Assembly: GCF_041886205.1 (NCBI RefSeq)
Contig: NZ_CP169029.1
Origin: Escherichia coli
GTDB lineage: Bacteria; Pseudomonadota; Gammaproteobacteria; Enterobacterales; Enterobacteriaceae
Direction: 5' to 3' (one strand)
DNA: 64,000 bases
Part shown: in pieces, positions 1 through 14,447 of the stretch
How the letters are laid out: the number at the start of each line of letters is the position of its first letter
How positions within the stretch are numbered: position 1 is the stretch's first letter
Notes under the pieces: model-generated
The model's input: only the letters and a program-made list of their open reading frames with translations
Database searches by the model: none
What the model was told of the DNA's origin: nothing
Position numbers and translations under genes: made by a program

Positions 1-2970
<2,970 letters not shown>

Positions 2971-3283
2971 GCTTACCTTCCCTGAACGAGCTAACATAAA
3001 TGCGCCCTTTCTAGCACAGCGAAAAAATGTAAATACTGATAGCAATATGATTGAAAATTAATAACTTTTCGTTAGGCAGTTTTGGGTGTGAGTTGCAAGA
3101 GGGGAGACTACTGAATAACTCAAGTTTTATAATCGAGGGGAAAATGGTGATGGCGTTCATAGCAAAACGCCCTCAACCATAAAGGTCGAGGGCGCTTAAG
3201 ATGTTAAAAACCCGCTATCCGTTAAAAAACAATGTTCAACTAAGGTCAGTGACATTGCGCTAAAAAAGCGAATTATTAGAATT

Positions 3284-3359
3284 TGGCTCCTCTGACTGGA
3301 CTCGAACCAGTGACATACGGATTAACAGTCCGCCGTTCTACCGACTGAACTACAGAGGA
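3284..3359 (-). tRNA. asnT: tRNA-Asn
   Basis: Reverse complement reads TCCTCTGTAGTTCAGTCGGTAGAACGGCGGACTGTTAATCCGTATGTCACTGGTTCGAGTCCAGTCAGAGGAGCCA, 76 nt, canonical E. coli tRNA-Asn. Confidence 0.95.
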
Positions 3360-3459
3360 ATCGTGTGAACGGGGCGAATATTACTTAGCGGTACCTTGTC
3401 TGTCAACACTAAATTTCATAAGTCATTTCAATTGGTTAATTAATCTGCAAAGTTGTTAA

Positions 3460-4257
3460 TTAATGAACATTCGTCGCCGAAAACGAGTCTGTATCATTAG
3501 CGTGATGCAGTCTCTGCAAAGGATCTTGTTGATAAAATTGGCAGAAACGTTGCCACAATGAAGGGAAACGAGGAGCAAAAAGTTCTGGGGCGCTAAAGAA
3601 ATATTCAGAAAGTACGGCAAAACATTCAGCAGGATCGCTGGCTGCATAAGCATCAATGCTCGCCGCATTCTCGCCAACCAATTCGATTTCTTCCTGAATG
3701 TTGTTCATTGCAGCATGAAGATCGTGTTCCCAGCCAGCAACCTCACGCAACGGAATAAAGGGAACTCCGCTGGCGCGATCGCCGTTACGGGTGTCCAGCT
3801 TATGAGCGACTTCATGAATAATCAGGTTAAAACCAGAAGCATCAAAAGAATCTTGTATATCCAACCAGTTCAAAACGATAGGCCCTTGCTGCCAGCTCTG
3901 ACCTGACTGAACAATACGTTGGTTATGCACCAGACCGATATCGTCTTCCCATTCATCATCGACCACAAATGGCGCAGGATAAATTAAGACTTCATGAAAA
4001 CCATCCAGCCATTCCAGTCCTAACTCCAGAACGGGTAGGCAAAATAGAAGTGCTATCCGGCAGCTTCTTAATGAATCCAGTTCAAAGCCCTGTAAAGGAA
4101 CAAGCCGCTTTTGCTGTAAAAAACGTTCGGCAAGAGTGACTAATTTGCTTTGTTCCTGTTCCGTCAGACACGTTAAAAGGGGGATCGATAGTGCTTCCTG
4201 CCAGGGAAGGGCAGTTTGATGTGCTGATTCTTGTACTTTCCAGGGCCACTTAATCAT
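3460..4257 (-). CDS. mtfA: Mlc titration factor A (265 aa)
   Basis: ORF 3460-4296; internal start [11 protein letters not shown] matches MtfA N-terminus; ATG confirmed at 4255-4257. Confidence 0.92.
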   Translation of the reverse strand: MIKWPWKVQESAHQTALPWQEALSIPLLTCLTEQEQSKLVTLAERFLQQKRLVPLQGFELDSLRSCRIALLFCLPVLELGLEWLDGFHEVLIYPAPFVVDDEWEDDIGLVHNQRIVQSGQSWQQGPIVLNWLDIQDSFDASGFNLIIHEVAHKLDTRNGDRASGVPFIPLREVAGWEHDLHAAMNNIQEEIELVGENAASIDAYAASDPAECFAVLSEYFFSAPELFAPRFPSLWQRFCQFYQQDPLQRLHHANDTDSFSATNVH

Positions 4258-4350
4258 CGTTTTGCTCGCAAACTCGTCACTTGAACAAAATTGCACGGAC
4301 AGGGACTGTTAAAATGCCAAATTTCCTGGCATCATGGCAACCATCTGAAC

Positions 4351-4440
4351 GGAGAGATGCCGGAGCGGCTGAACGGACCGGTCTCGAAAACCGGAGTAGG
4401 GGCAACTCTACCGGGGGTTCAAATCCCCCTCTCTCCGCCA
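4351..4440 (+). tRNA. serU: tRNA-Ser
   Basis: GGAGAGATGCCGGAGCGGCTGAACGGACCGGTCTCGAAAACCGGAGTAGGGGCAACTCTACCGGGGGTTCAAATCCCCCTCTCTCCGCCA, long variable arm, 3' CCA. Confidence 0.95.
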
Positions 4441-5009
4441 CTTTATCAATGACTTATCTCCCGACTTCCCGCCTTGCTTTTCCTAAACAGAACAATCGTA
4501 GAATATTCTTGAAGGGTTAGATCGTCACTGTTTTCTGTTCGATACTGTGACATTCAGCACTTGATTCGCTATGGATCTGACAGGAAGCTTTCGAGCGAAA
4601 ATGTGCAGTTATTCAGTCGTTTTCTTATCGCTCACCATTATTCTTTTAGACATTCATCCTATGAAACTGCCGCAAAGTTGGTGGTGGGAACTGAAGTTGC
4701 GTAGAGAAGGGTTCAATAATTGAGTCAAAAAAGGAACGCGGCCGTCAGATTAAAGCCGCGGGACAAAGTCCATAATTTCCAAGAGTTGTTGAATTTCCCA
4801 GCTTTTTTGAAAGCCTTTGTATCACACTAACAAGTAAAAAAGGTTTAAATACCAAAATTAACCTGTATTTTTGATAAGTCTTACCATTGTACGATTTACA
4901 CAGTTTCTGCTCCTCCTTGTTGATAGTGGAAAGGGTGCATTGTGCACTTGCGTAAACATTTATGACGCGTTGATGTCCATGGTTCACATTTCCTTGTCAG
5001 GGGATCGAC

Positions 5010-5540
5010 TTATTTGCGGCGAGGCATCATTCGTAACAGAGTATTATCTTTCTGAATGTAGTGATGAAAGAGTGCTGCGCCAGCGTGAGCTGCGATTAAA
5101 AAGTAACCTATATTTGCCCAGGTTTCGTGAATATTTTTTATCAGTGCTTTAATTTCGCTGTTTGGGGTAACAAAGGGAGACACATTGAAACCAAGGAAAC
5201 TCCACGATTTTCCACTGTAAGCCATCAAAGCAATCCCCAGCAGAGGAAGTGCAAGGAAGGTTATATAAAGCATGATGTGCATTAGCGAAGCCGCTTTCAT
5301 TTGCCAGGCAGGTGGCGGTGGCACAATAGAAGGATCACTATAACGGTGTTTTATAATCAGGCGTGAAAACATTAACACCCAAACGAATATACCCGCATTG
5401 TAATGTGTTTCTCGCATCAGCAGATAAGTACTACTACCTTTAGGAAACCAGCCACGGAGTTCCATCGCGGCATAGGTTATTGCAACGAAAAGCAGCGTTA
5501 TCCAATGTAAATAAATTTGAGTTTTTGAGAATCGGTTCAT
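5010..5540 (-). CDS. yodB: Cytochrome b561 homolog, inner membrane (176 aa)
   Basis: ORF 5010-5570; internal start MNRFSKTQIYLHWITLLFV matches YodB; hydrophobic, His-rich helices. Confidence 0.88.
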   Translation of the reverse strand: MNRFSKTQIYLHWITLLFVAITYAAMELRGWFPKGSSTYLLMRETHYNAGIFVWVLMFSRLIIKHRYSDPSIVPPPPAWQMKAASLMHIMLYITFLALPLLGIALMAYSGKSWSFLGFNVSPFVTPNSEIKALIKNIHETWANIGYFLIAAHAGAALFHHYIQKDNTLLRMMPRRK

Positions 5541-5883
5541 TTTTGTAGCTCCTGTAATTTTTACAGTCAAGCTATCCCACGAACCTTAAAAATTCCTTAT
5601 ACAGATGTGGTTTTAAGAATTTGTTATTTAAAAAATTGATAGTGCACATTGTAACCAGCCAATATAAGCAATGGCGTGAGCACAGGTATCTTTCTCTGTT
5701 GGCCGTATTGTGTATGGAATCCGTTATTGGTTAACTCAATGCGGGTTAGCTTATTTAATATACAGACACGTCATAGTGATGAGCGTGTCTGTAGCTAGCT
5801 TGCGTTCAGTGGCGTTTGTGGATGGACCAGTGGTAGTTATGATGACTTACTAAAGCGGCATCGAGGCGTTATCATGAGAATAC

Positions 5884-6534
5884 TCAATGAGACATCATTT
5901 CCTCGACCACTTCTTCGCTACTCAACTGATATGGATAAAACGTTGGCCAGTTTTCCATTTCATTTAATAAAGATTGCTGTGAATCATTACCCATAAAAAT
6001 GTGAAAATGAGATGATTTTCGTGGTGCAATTATATGATCGCTAAATTGTATATATTTAGGGGCTTTGCTTTTAGGATCTTTACATTCGAATAAGTAACGA
6101 ACGCCTTTCTTACCTGATTTGTAAGTGAGTATTTTGTATCCATCGTAATCATATTTACAGGATGTTGTTTCATTATTTCTATGGAATTCAACAATGCCGT
6201 CCTCAATGCCAATCATCTCGATATCTGTCGCATAACCTTTGTGATAATAATCTTTAATTTCAGCAAATGTTTTGGTTTTATCTGCATCCGCTTTCTTCTG
6301 AAAGACGGGGCCAAGTTTGCCACTTTGCAGTAAAGGATAAACGGATTGCCAGACTCCATCCCAGTCACTGAGCGTTCGGTTTTGTACATTGGCATCATCA
6401 AAAACACCATTAGCAGCTTTTTGTTCGACCTCTGTTAAGGGTTTGCCGTGTGAGTGATGACCATGCGAAAAGGCAGGAGCGCTAACAATAAAGACACCTA
6501 AAGCAACAGCCAGTTTGTGAAGACGAATCGCCAA
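5884..6534 (-). CDS. zinT: Periplasmic zinc/cadmium-binding protein ZinT (216 aa from probable TTG start)
   Basis: ORF 5884-6555; sequence (L)[29 protein letters not shown]... matches ZinT. GGAGG lies 8 nt upstream of TTG at 6534; the in-frame ATG at 6555 has no Shine-Dalgarno. Confidence 0.88.
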   Translation of the reverse strand: MAIRLHKLAVALGVFIVSAPAFSHGHHSHGKPLTEVEQKAANGVFDDANVQNRTLSDWDGVWQSVYPLLQSGKLGPVFQKKADADKTKTFAEIKDYYHKGYATDIEMIGIEDGIVEFHRNNETTSCKYDYDGYKILTYKSGKKGVRYLFECKDPKSKAPKYIQFSDHIIAPRKSSHFHIFMGNDSQQSLLNEMENWPTFYPYQLSSEEVVEEMMSH

Positions 6535-6570
6535 AACAGTTTCCTCCAGAGTCATTGTATATGATGTGTA

Positions 6571-6587
6571 ATGTTATATTGTAACAT
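6571..6587. promoter_or_regulatory. Zur-box-like palindrome in zinT promoter
   Basis: ATGTTATATTGTAACAT with perfect ATGTTA/TAACAT arms, just upstream of zinT; zinT is a known Zur-regulon member. Confidence 0.5.
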
Positions 6588-6720
6588 ATGACAAAATGCA
6601 ACAACTCTTAGGAGATGAGAGCATAGTTTTCTCAGGTGTATTTATCTATCTTATTGAAATAAAATGAATTATGTTGATAATTTGAGGTTGATGACAAACG
6701 AAACATAACCTGATGTGATC

Positions 6721-6760
6721 TGCGCAGGCCGGACAGGGCGCTCGCGCCGCATCCGGCAGG
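6721..6760. repeat. REP-like extragenic palindrome
   Basis: GCCGGACAGGGCGCTCGCGCCGCATCCGGCAGG, GC-rich imperfect palindrome typical of REP, between zinT and msrQ. Confidence 0.5.
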
Positions 6761-6790
6761 GATAACGCGTACTTTGTCGGCAATATGAAG

Positions 6791-7426
6791 TTATACAGAT
6801 AATTTGTTGTGAACCTGCTTGCGTAACCGGTTAAAAAGGGAACGCAACTTCTTATACCGTAAGGCTAAAAGCAGTACAGCCAGCCCAGCGTAGATGAGCG
6901 GCTGCGGTGAAATAATCTTCACTGACCACAGATAATGTATTGGGGCCAGGATCGCGACAAGATAGACGAAATTATGCAACTGTTGCCAGTGCTTGCCGAG
7001 TTTTCGCTGCATCGCCTGGGTTGAAGTAAACGCTAAAGCAAGCAAAATAACCCAGCTGATAATTCCTAACGTTAAATAAGGCCGGGTAATTAACTCCTTG
7101 CCTAATAACGCCAGATTATTCACGCCCAGCTCCAGCAATGCGTAACTGGTTAAATGCAGTGTCGCCCAGGCAAAGCACCATAAGCCTAACAGGCGGCGAG
7201 TGCGTATCAATAACGGCTGTTTTGCGTAGCGTGCCAGAGGTGTGATTAACAAGGTCGCCAGCAAAAATTTCAGTGCAGTGCGACCGGTAAAATGCTGAAT
7301 ATCTTTCACCGGATCGGCACCCAGTCCACCGTGATTGATCGCCCAGACCAGCCAGAGAAACGGCAACAATCCGGCAAGATGCAGGCAAACTTTCAGCCAT
7401 GTCACCTGTTTTGCTGTCAGACGCAT
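6791..7426 (-). CDS. msrQ: Methionine sulfoxide reductase heme-binding membrane subunit MsrQ (211 aa)
   Basis: Full-length match [26 protein letters not shown]...; directly downstream of msrP. Confidence 0.93.
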   Translation of the reverse strand: MRLTAKQVTWLKVCLHLAGLLPFLWLVWAINHGGLGADPVKDIQHFTGRTALKFLLATLLITPLARYAKQPLLIRTRRLLGLWCFAWATLHLTSYALLELGVNNLALLGKELITRPYLTLGIISWVILLALAFTSTQAMQRKLGKHWQQLHNFVYLVAILAPIHYLWSVKIISPQPLIYAGLAVLLLALRYKKLRSLFNRLRKQVHNKLSV

Positions 7427-8434
<1,008 letters not shown>

Positions 8435-8539
8435 TCATCACACTTTTTTGTCGTTAGCCAGCAAGAGCCGTTTACTGTTAATCTGTCAGGGAGTGTCCTC
8501 CCTAACAGTAGCAGAGATCTGCTTTTACATATTTATGCT

Positions 8540-8953
8540 TTAACTGCCACGATAGGTTGAATACCCATATTGGCTAAGTAATAAAGGCACATGATAATGC
8601 TCGTTCACTTTATTAATATGAAATTCAACGGGGATCTCAGGGAAGAAACTTTCAAGATTTTGTTTCTTGAAATAGTCCCCGGTTTTAAATACGACACGGT
8701 AATCGCCCGTAGTTGCAGTTTGCTCGGGCCACAGTGCCTTAATTCGTCCATCCTTATCTGTTTTGGCGGTATTAAGTTGTAACCAGCCGTTATCCGCCTT
8801 CTTTTCAAGAGTGACTGTCACGTCAGCAGCGGGTTTTCCGGTTTGCTGGTTCAAAATGTGCACGCTAAGAATGTTTTGTTGTGCGGCATAAACCAAAGAA
8901 GGTAATGAAAATGCTGCCGTTGCTACCGAGAGTACTAAATAACGCTTTAACAT
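8540..8953 (-). CDS. hiuH: 5-hydroxyisourate hydrolase, transthyretin-like (137 aa)
   Basis: [45 protein letters not shown]...YRGS C-terminal motif. Confidence 0.92.
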   Translation of the reverse strand: MLKRYLVLSVATAAFSLPSLVYAAQQNILSVHILNQQTGKPAADVTVTLEKKADNGWLQLNTAKTDKDGRIKALWPEQTATTGDYRVVFKTGDYFKKQNLESFFPEIPVEFHINKVNEHYHVPLLLSQYGYSTYRGS

Positions 8954-9085
8954 GTTTATATCCTTGTCATGTGAATGAGTTTTGAGGATAGCGAAAAAGC
9001 GGCCAGGGTAACCTTACAGCAGCATTACAATTTTGTAATGAACCAGGCTGTTTCTATAACATATGATTTATGGCATATTATTTTC

Positions 9086-9757
9086 ATGAAGATTTTACTT
9101 ATTGAAGATAATCAAAGGACCCAGGAGTGGGTAACGCAGGGGCTTTCCGAAGCGGGTTATGTCATTGATGCCGTTTCTGATGGCAGAGATGGGCTTTATC
9201 TTGCGCTGAAGGATGATTATGCATTGATCATTCTGGATATTATGCTTCCGGGTATGGATGGCTGGCAGATCTTACAAACGTTAAGAACAGCAAAGCAAAC
9301 CCCTGTTATTTGCCTTACTGCAAGGGATTCTGTCGATGACAGAGTCAGAGGGCTGGACAGTGGAGCAAATGATTATCTGGTAAAACCTTTTTCATTTTCT
9401 GAGTTGCTGGCAAGGGTTCGGGCACAATTAAGGCAACATCACGCTTTGAATTCAACATTAGAAATCAGTGGCTTAAGAATGGACTCTGTTAGTCAAAGTG
9501 TGAGCAGGGACAATATCAGTATTACACTGACGCGCAAGGAGTTTCAGTTACTTTGGCTACTGGCCTCCAGAGCTGGCGAAATTATACCCAGAACGGTTAT
9601 TGCGAGTGAAATTTGGGGAATCAACTTTGATAGTGATACCAATACGGTGGATGTCGCCATTCGCAGGCTCCGCGCAAAAGTTGATGATCCTTTTCCTGAA
9701 AAGCTAATCGCCACAATCCGGGGGATGGGCTATTCATTCGTAGCGGTAAAAAAATAA
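9086..9757 (+). CDS. hprR: Two-component response regulator HprR (OmpR family, 223 aa)
   Basis: MKILLIEDNQRTQEWVTQGLSEAGYVIDAVSDG...; ATG at 9086 verified. The 260-aa upstream extension in the ORF track is probably not used. Confidence 0.9.
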   Translation: MKILLIEDNQRTQEWVTQGLSEAGYVIDAVSDGRDGLYLALKDDYALIILDIMLPGMDGWQILQTLRTAKQTPVICLTARDSVDDRVRGLDSGANDYLVKPFSFSELLARVRAQLRQHHALNSTLEISGLRMDSVSQSVSRDNISITLTRKEFQLLWLLASRAGEIIPRTVIASEIWGINFDSDTNTVDVAIRRLRAKVDDPFPEKLIATIRGMGYSFVAVKK

Positions 9758-11115
9758 TGAAAAGATTATCTATAACCGTCCGTTTAACCTTGCTTTTTAT
9801 ATTGCTGCTGTCTGTTGCTGGCGCTGGAATTGTATGGACTCTCTATAATGGCCTGGCAAGTGAGTTGAAATGGCGCGATGATACAACACTCATTAACCGG
9901 ACAGCGCAGATCAAGCAGTTGTTAATTGATGGGGTAAATCCAGATACGTTACCTGTGTACTTTAACCGGATGATGGATGTTAGTCAGGATATCTTGATCA
10001 TTCATGGTGATGGCATCAATAAAATTGTTAACCGGACGAATGTCAGTGATGACATGTTAAATAACATACCTGCTAGTGAGACAATCAGCGCAGCTGGCAT
10101 TTACAGAAGCATTATTAATGATACAGAGATAGATGCTTTACGAATTAATATTGATGAAGTTTCGCCATCATTAACGGTTACTGTGGCTAAATTGGCTTCA
10201 GCCAGACATAACATGCTTGAACAGTATAAAATTAATAGCATTATAATTTGCATTGTCGCCATTGTACTTTGCTCAGTATTAAGTCCGCTGTTAATCAGAA
10301 CGGGATTACGAGAGATCAAAAAGTTGAGTGGTGTAACGGAAGCGCTGAATTATAACGATAGCCGGGAGCCTGTTGAGGTTAGCGCATTACCGAGAGAACT
10401 AAAACCTCTTGGGCAGGCGTTGAATAAAATGCATCAAGCCTTAGTCAAAGATTTTGAACGCCTAAGTCAATTTGCTGACGATCTCGCTCATGAACTTAGA
10501 ACGCCCATTAATGCATTACTGGGTCAGAATCAGGTTACGCTCAGTCAAACCAGAAGTATCGCTGAATATCAAAAAACAATTGCCGGAAACATTGAAGAGC
10601 TGGAAAATATTTCGCGGTTAACAGAGAACATACTGTTTCTTGCCCGGGCAGATAAAAACAATGTTTTGGTAAAACTGGACTCGCTTTCTCTCAATAAGGA
10701 AGTCGAAAATTTGTTGGACTATCTTGAATATCTTTCAGACGAGAAAGAGATTTGCTTTAAGGTCGAGTGCAATCAGCAAATCTTTGCGGATAAAATTTTA
10801 CTGCAACGAATGCTATCGAATCTTATTGTTAATGCCATTAGATATTCACCAGAAAAATCGCGTATTCATATAACCAGTTTTCTTGATACCAACGGTTCTC
10901 TTAATATTGATATCGCCAGTCCTGGAACGAAAATACATGAGCCTGAAAAACTCTTCCGTAGATTTTGGCGGGGAGATAATTCGCGTCATTCCGTAGGTCA
11001 GGGACTTGGTCTTTCTTTAGTCAAAGCGATTGCCGAATTACACGGGGGAAGTGCTACGTATCACTATCTCAATAAGCATAATGTGTTCCGGATTACGTTA
11101 CCGCAAAGAAATTAA
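9757..11115 (+). CDS. hprS: Sensor histidine kinase HprS (452 aa)
   Basis: HAMP/HisKA/HATPase features (HELRTPINAL...), overlaps hprR stop by 1 nt (ATGA). Confidence 0.92.
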   Translation: MKRLSITVRLTLLFILLLSVAGAGIVWTLYNGLASELKWRDDTTLINRTAQIKQLLIDGVNPDTLPVYFNRMMDVSQDILIIHGDGINKIVNRTNVSDDMLNNIPASETISAAGIYRSIINDTEIDALRINIDEVSPSLTVTVAKLASARHNMLEQYKINSIIICIVAIVLCSVLSPLLIRTGLREIKKLSGVTEALNYNDSREPVEVSALPRELKPLGQALNKMHQALVKDFERLSQFADDLAHELRTPINALLGQNQVTLSQTRSIAEYQKTIAGNIEELENISRLTENILFLARADKNNVLVKLDSLSLNKEVENLLDYLEYLSDEKEICFKVECNQQIFADKILLQRMLSNLIVNAIRYSPEKSRIHITSFLDTNGSLNIDIASPGTKIHEPEKLFRRFWRGDNSRHSVGQGLGLSLVKAIAELHGGSATYHYLNKHNVFRITLPQRN

Positions 11116-11222
11116 CATAGGGCTTCAGTACGCCATAAATCAACCATGAAAAAACGCAGCCACGTCGTGAGTACTAACGCAGCTGCGATTGATTATGCGC
11201 TTACATTCAAACGTAACAGGGA

Positions 11223-12074
11223 TTAACCCGCGTAAGCTGCCAGCATTTCCTGCGCCGCCAGTTTACCCAACGCATTCGCTGCGAAAGGACTGTCGCCGGT
11301 GAGAACTTTACGGTCCTTATGTACTCGCCCGGTGATGTCGTCATTAATAATGTTCATGCCCATTTTCTTCAGCTCTTCGCCGAAGTACCAGGTGAGATGA
11401 CCCGGCATATAGCCTATCTCTGGCGTTTGTTTGTCTGCGGCGTCTGGGAATGCGCAAATGGAATAACCATTCAGTGGGTTATCGCCGTGGCGAAGCGCCA
11501 GAAAAGCCGCCGGGCCGTGGCAAAGGGAGATAACAAAACGGTCATTTTTGATTGCCCACTGTAAAGCAGCAGCCACGTCCTGGCTTTCTGGTAAACCAAT
11601 AAGTGCGCCATGACCACCAGGAACAAAGATTGCTGCATATTCGCTATCAGCGTTGAGGCTGGCGACAACATCCGCGAGTTTCTTCGGATTGCGGAACAAC
11701 GATTTATGCTGCTCAAAGAATGGCATTACTTTTTCATCTTTGTGCGGCATAGCCCAGTATTCAAACTTGGTCATCAGACCGGAAATGGTCGCCACTTCGA
11801 ATTCGAAACCTGCAGCATGGAGATGATACAACGGCAGCAACGTTTCAATCGGATGGTTACCAGTCGAGAACAGTTTTCCGTTATCGGTCGGCAAATAACG
11901 TTCGTCCGCGGCGATCACCAGAATTTTATGCTTACCGCGATACGGTTTTGGATAGTCCACGCCATCAAGATCAGAGACGGGACTGGTATATTGGCTAAGC
12001 GAATATTCTGAAGGGAAGAATGCATTATCTTCAGCAATATCGACCTGCGGATTTTTACTTGTTTGAACAGTCAT
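11223..12074 (-). CDS. hchA: Hsp31 glyoxalase / protein deglycase (283 aa)
   Basis: MTVQTSKNPQVDIAEDNAFFPSEYSLSQYTSPVSDLDGVDYPKPYRGKHKILVIAADERYL... full-length match. Confidence 0.95.
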   Translation of the reverse strand: MTVQTSKNPQVDIAEDNAFFPSEYSLSQYTSPVSDLDGVDYPKPYRGKHKILVIAADERYLPTDNGKLFSTGNHPIETLLPLYHLHAAGFEFEVATISGLMTKFEYWAMPHKDEKVMPFFEQHKSLFRNPKKLADVVASLNADSEYAAIFVPGGHGALIGLPESQDVAAALQWAIKNDRFVISLCHGPAAFLALRHGDNPLNGYSICAFPDAADKQTPEIGYMPGHLTWYFGEELKKMGMNIINDDITGRVHKDRKVLTGDSPFAANALGKLAAQEMLAAYAG

Positions 12075-12585
12075 AGTGTATTCCTTATTGTTGCTTAGTT
12101 AGGGTAGTCACTATATTTGCGACTGAGCTGGTCGCTATTTTTAACCAGGCTGGAAAATTGAGTCAATATATCGAAAGCGGTAGTCGGCGGGTGTAAGTAT
12201 GTAATGATGATGCTGCACTGGTGTTGAATATTATTCACGCCAAATTTTCCTTATTGAGCAACGTCGTCGCAAGTGGCCTCAATGATTTTAGACCATTATC
12301 AGAGGTACGGGGCGGCGGGGAGAGATTTAGTGCTGTGGAATATTGTGGTGCTGATGAATATTTATATCCCGGATTGGTAGAGAAAAAGCTTATTTCATGC
12401 ACTATTTTTGCAAATATTTCTATATGGGAAGCGTGTTTGTTACGGGTTAATTCATCAGAATGTGCATTTGGGGTGTTGGCTGGAAGAGTCGCTGGTAGAT
12501 GTTATTGTGCCAGCAGGGGCAGGGTAAGGTACTGTATCGATATGCTTTGGCAATTGCATGTGCCGCAGATGGAGATGAAATGCCA

Positions 12586-12624
12586 ATAAAAAAGCCTGAG
12601 TTCGATGAGGGACGAACTCAGGCT
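12586..12624 (-). terminator. Rho-independent terminator of yedS
   Basis: Perfect inverted repeat AGCCTGAGTTCG / CGAACTCAGGCT (12593-12624) followed on the minus strand by a T-run (plus-strand A-run 12586-12592). Confidence 0.55.
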
Positions 12625-12666
12625 AGTGTTAAGTTTTACAGTAACACGCCGCAGCGCGTTGGCTGA

Positions 12667-13881
12667 TTAGAACTGGTAGACTAAGCCCACAGCAACGATG
12701 TCATCGGTAGCGATGCCGTTGTTTGCGTAGAAGTCATCGTCGTTGTCCAGCAGGTTGATTTTGTAATCAACATAGGTGGACATGTTTTTGTTAAAGTAAT
12801 AGGTTGCACCAACCTCAACGTATTTAACCAGATCTTTATTGGTATAATGATAATTACCATTGTTGTACATTTCTTGACCACCTAAATCCTTACCTTTAGA
12901 TTGGAGGTAAGCAATTGAAGGACGCAGGCCGAAATCAAATTGGTACTGAGCAACAACTTCAAAGTTCTGAGTTTTGTTAGCGATACCACCGCCGCCAAGT
13001 TTCCCATCGGCTGAATGAGAGTCGCTGCTACCATAAGCGGTCATATTGCGAGTCTCTGCATACATTGCTGCTAAATATACATTGTTGGCATCGTATTTAG
13101 CACCAACAGTCCACGCTTCTGCAGTACCACCACCTGCATAGCTATTACCATAGAAATGATTGCCATCTCCATACCCACGAGCAGCTTGGTTATTGGAACG
13201 GTCAGAATTAGAGTAAGCAGCACCCAGACTTAAACCGAAGTCGAAGTCGTAGGAAGTAGACATACCGAAACCATCGCCATTTTCTTTAGCAAGGCTACGG
13301 CCATCTCCGCTGCCAGATCCTTCTTGGCCAAAGAGACTGTCACTGCCACTTTCATTATTACTCTGATATTGCAGCGCAAAGTTCAAGCCATCAACCTGAC
13401 CAAAGAAGCCATTGTTACGGTAGGTTGCAACACCGTTGGTACGACCGTTCATGAAATTGTCGGCACCAGCATAGGTATCGCCACCAAATTCTGGCAGCAT
13501 ATCGGTCCATGCTTCGATGTCATATACGACACCGTAGTTACGACCATAATCGAAAGTACCATTCTGACCAAAACCTAAACCTGCGAAAGCCAGACGGGTA
13601 GCAGAGTTATCTCCATCGCCTTCTGTGCCATTTGCTTGCAGGTTGTATTCCCACTGACCATAACCAGTGAACTGGTCAGCGATCTGAGTTTCACCTTTGA
13701 AACCGATACGGGCATATGACTTGTCGCCATCGCTGCCGGCATCATCAGAGAAGTAGTGCAGGCCCGCTACTTTTCCGTACAAATCCAGTTTATTACCATC
13801 TTTATTATAGATTTCAGCCGCATTTGCTGCGCCAGCAACTAATAACGCCGGGACCAGCATTGCCAGAACTTTTCTTTTCAT
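12667..13881 (-). CDS. yedS: General-diffusion outer-membrane porin of the OmpC/OmpF family, intact (404 aa from MKRKVLAML)
   Basis: Signal peptide [21 protein letters not shown], Gly/Asp/Asn/Tyr-rich beta-barrel composition, C-terminal ...VGLVYQF; SD AAGGGA before ATG at 13881. Confidence 0.85.
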   Translation of the reverse strand: MKRKVLAMLVPALLVAGAANAAEIYNKDGNKLDLYGKVAGLHYFSDDAGSDGDKSYARIGFKGETQIADQFTGYGQWEYNLQANGTEGDGDNSATRLAFAGLGFGQNGTFDYGRNYGVVYDIEAWTDMLPEFGGDTYAGADNFMNGRTNGVATYRNNGFFGQVDGLNFALQYQSNNESGSDSLFGQEGSGSGDGRSLAKENGDGFGMSTSYDFDFGLSLGAAYSNSDRSNNQAARGYGDGNHFYGNSYAGGGTAEAWTVGAKYDANNVYLAAMYAETRNMTAYGSSDSHSADGKLGGGGIANKTQNFEVVAQYQFDFGLRPSIAYLQSKGKDLGGQEMYNNGNYHYTNKDLVKYVEVGATYYFNKNMSTYVDYKINLLDNDDDFYANNGIATDDIVAVGLVYQF

Positions 13882-14192
13882 TATGTATTCCCTTGTGATT
13901 ATAATCTTCATGAATATATCAATAAGTGCCGTTATCCAAAAAAAAGCACATTTGGATACTATTCTATGAAGTTCATTTTATTTTAAGGATTACATGTAAC
14001 AAATGTATTTAAAAGATTTCAAAATGTTTCTAATCTATTTAATATAATTCAGGATTATGAATTCTAAATATAAATATTCATGAAAATTATAAATGTATAT
14101 CAATATGTTATGAGTTGAGCGGAAGCATAGGGGGTATCAATGATTGTTGCGCCAAACGGCTGGTGTGATCACGCGCACATTAATGAAGGCAT

Positions 14193-14285
14193 AAAAAAAA
14201 GCCGGCATCATGCCGGCCCAAAAAATATAAACAAGACGATAAAAGGCTAATAACGGAAGCATCATGACACAGAATAATAAAAAGG
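14193..14285 (-). ncRNA. rseX: Candidate small RNA (RseX-like) ending in a Rho-independent terminator
   Basis: Minus strand: 7-bp stem GCCGGCA/TGCCGGC (14201-14217) followed by an 8-nt T-run. Upstream segment CGUUAUUAGCCUU is complementary (with G-U pairs) to the ompC RBS region as recalled. Position between yedR and yedS matches where rseX is reported in K-12. 5' end not determined. Confidence 0.45.
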
Positions 14286-14447
14286 TATAATTGTAATCAG
14301 TGCTAATATATTGATTGAATGAATTAATAAAGCCGATCTCAAAGATAAATAAAATCGCTCAAAACGATTTTTCCTGTATTCACTGCCGTTGCGCAAAAAT
14401 TATCTATTTGTTCAAAAAATGAGTGAGTCTTGACTGGCTCATCCAAT

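Noticed and set aside
8975-9085. N-terminal 37-codon extension of hprR in the ORF track (260 aa)
   Set aside because: OmpR-family receiver domains begin at MKILLIEDN; the internal ATG at 9086 gives the expected 223-aa regulator.
14164-14179. CRP-like motif TGTGATCACGCGCACA upstream of yedS
   Set aside because: One mismatch in the right arm and no supporting context; could be chance.
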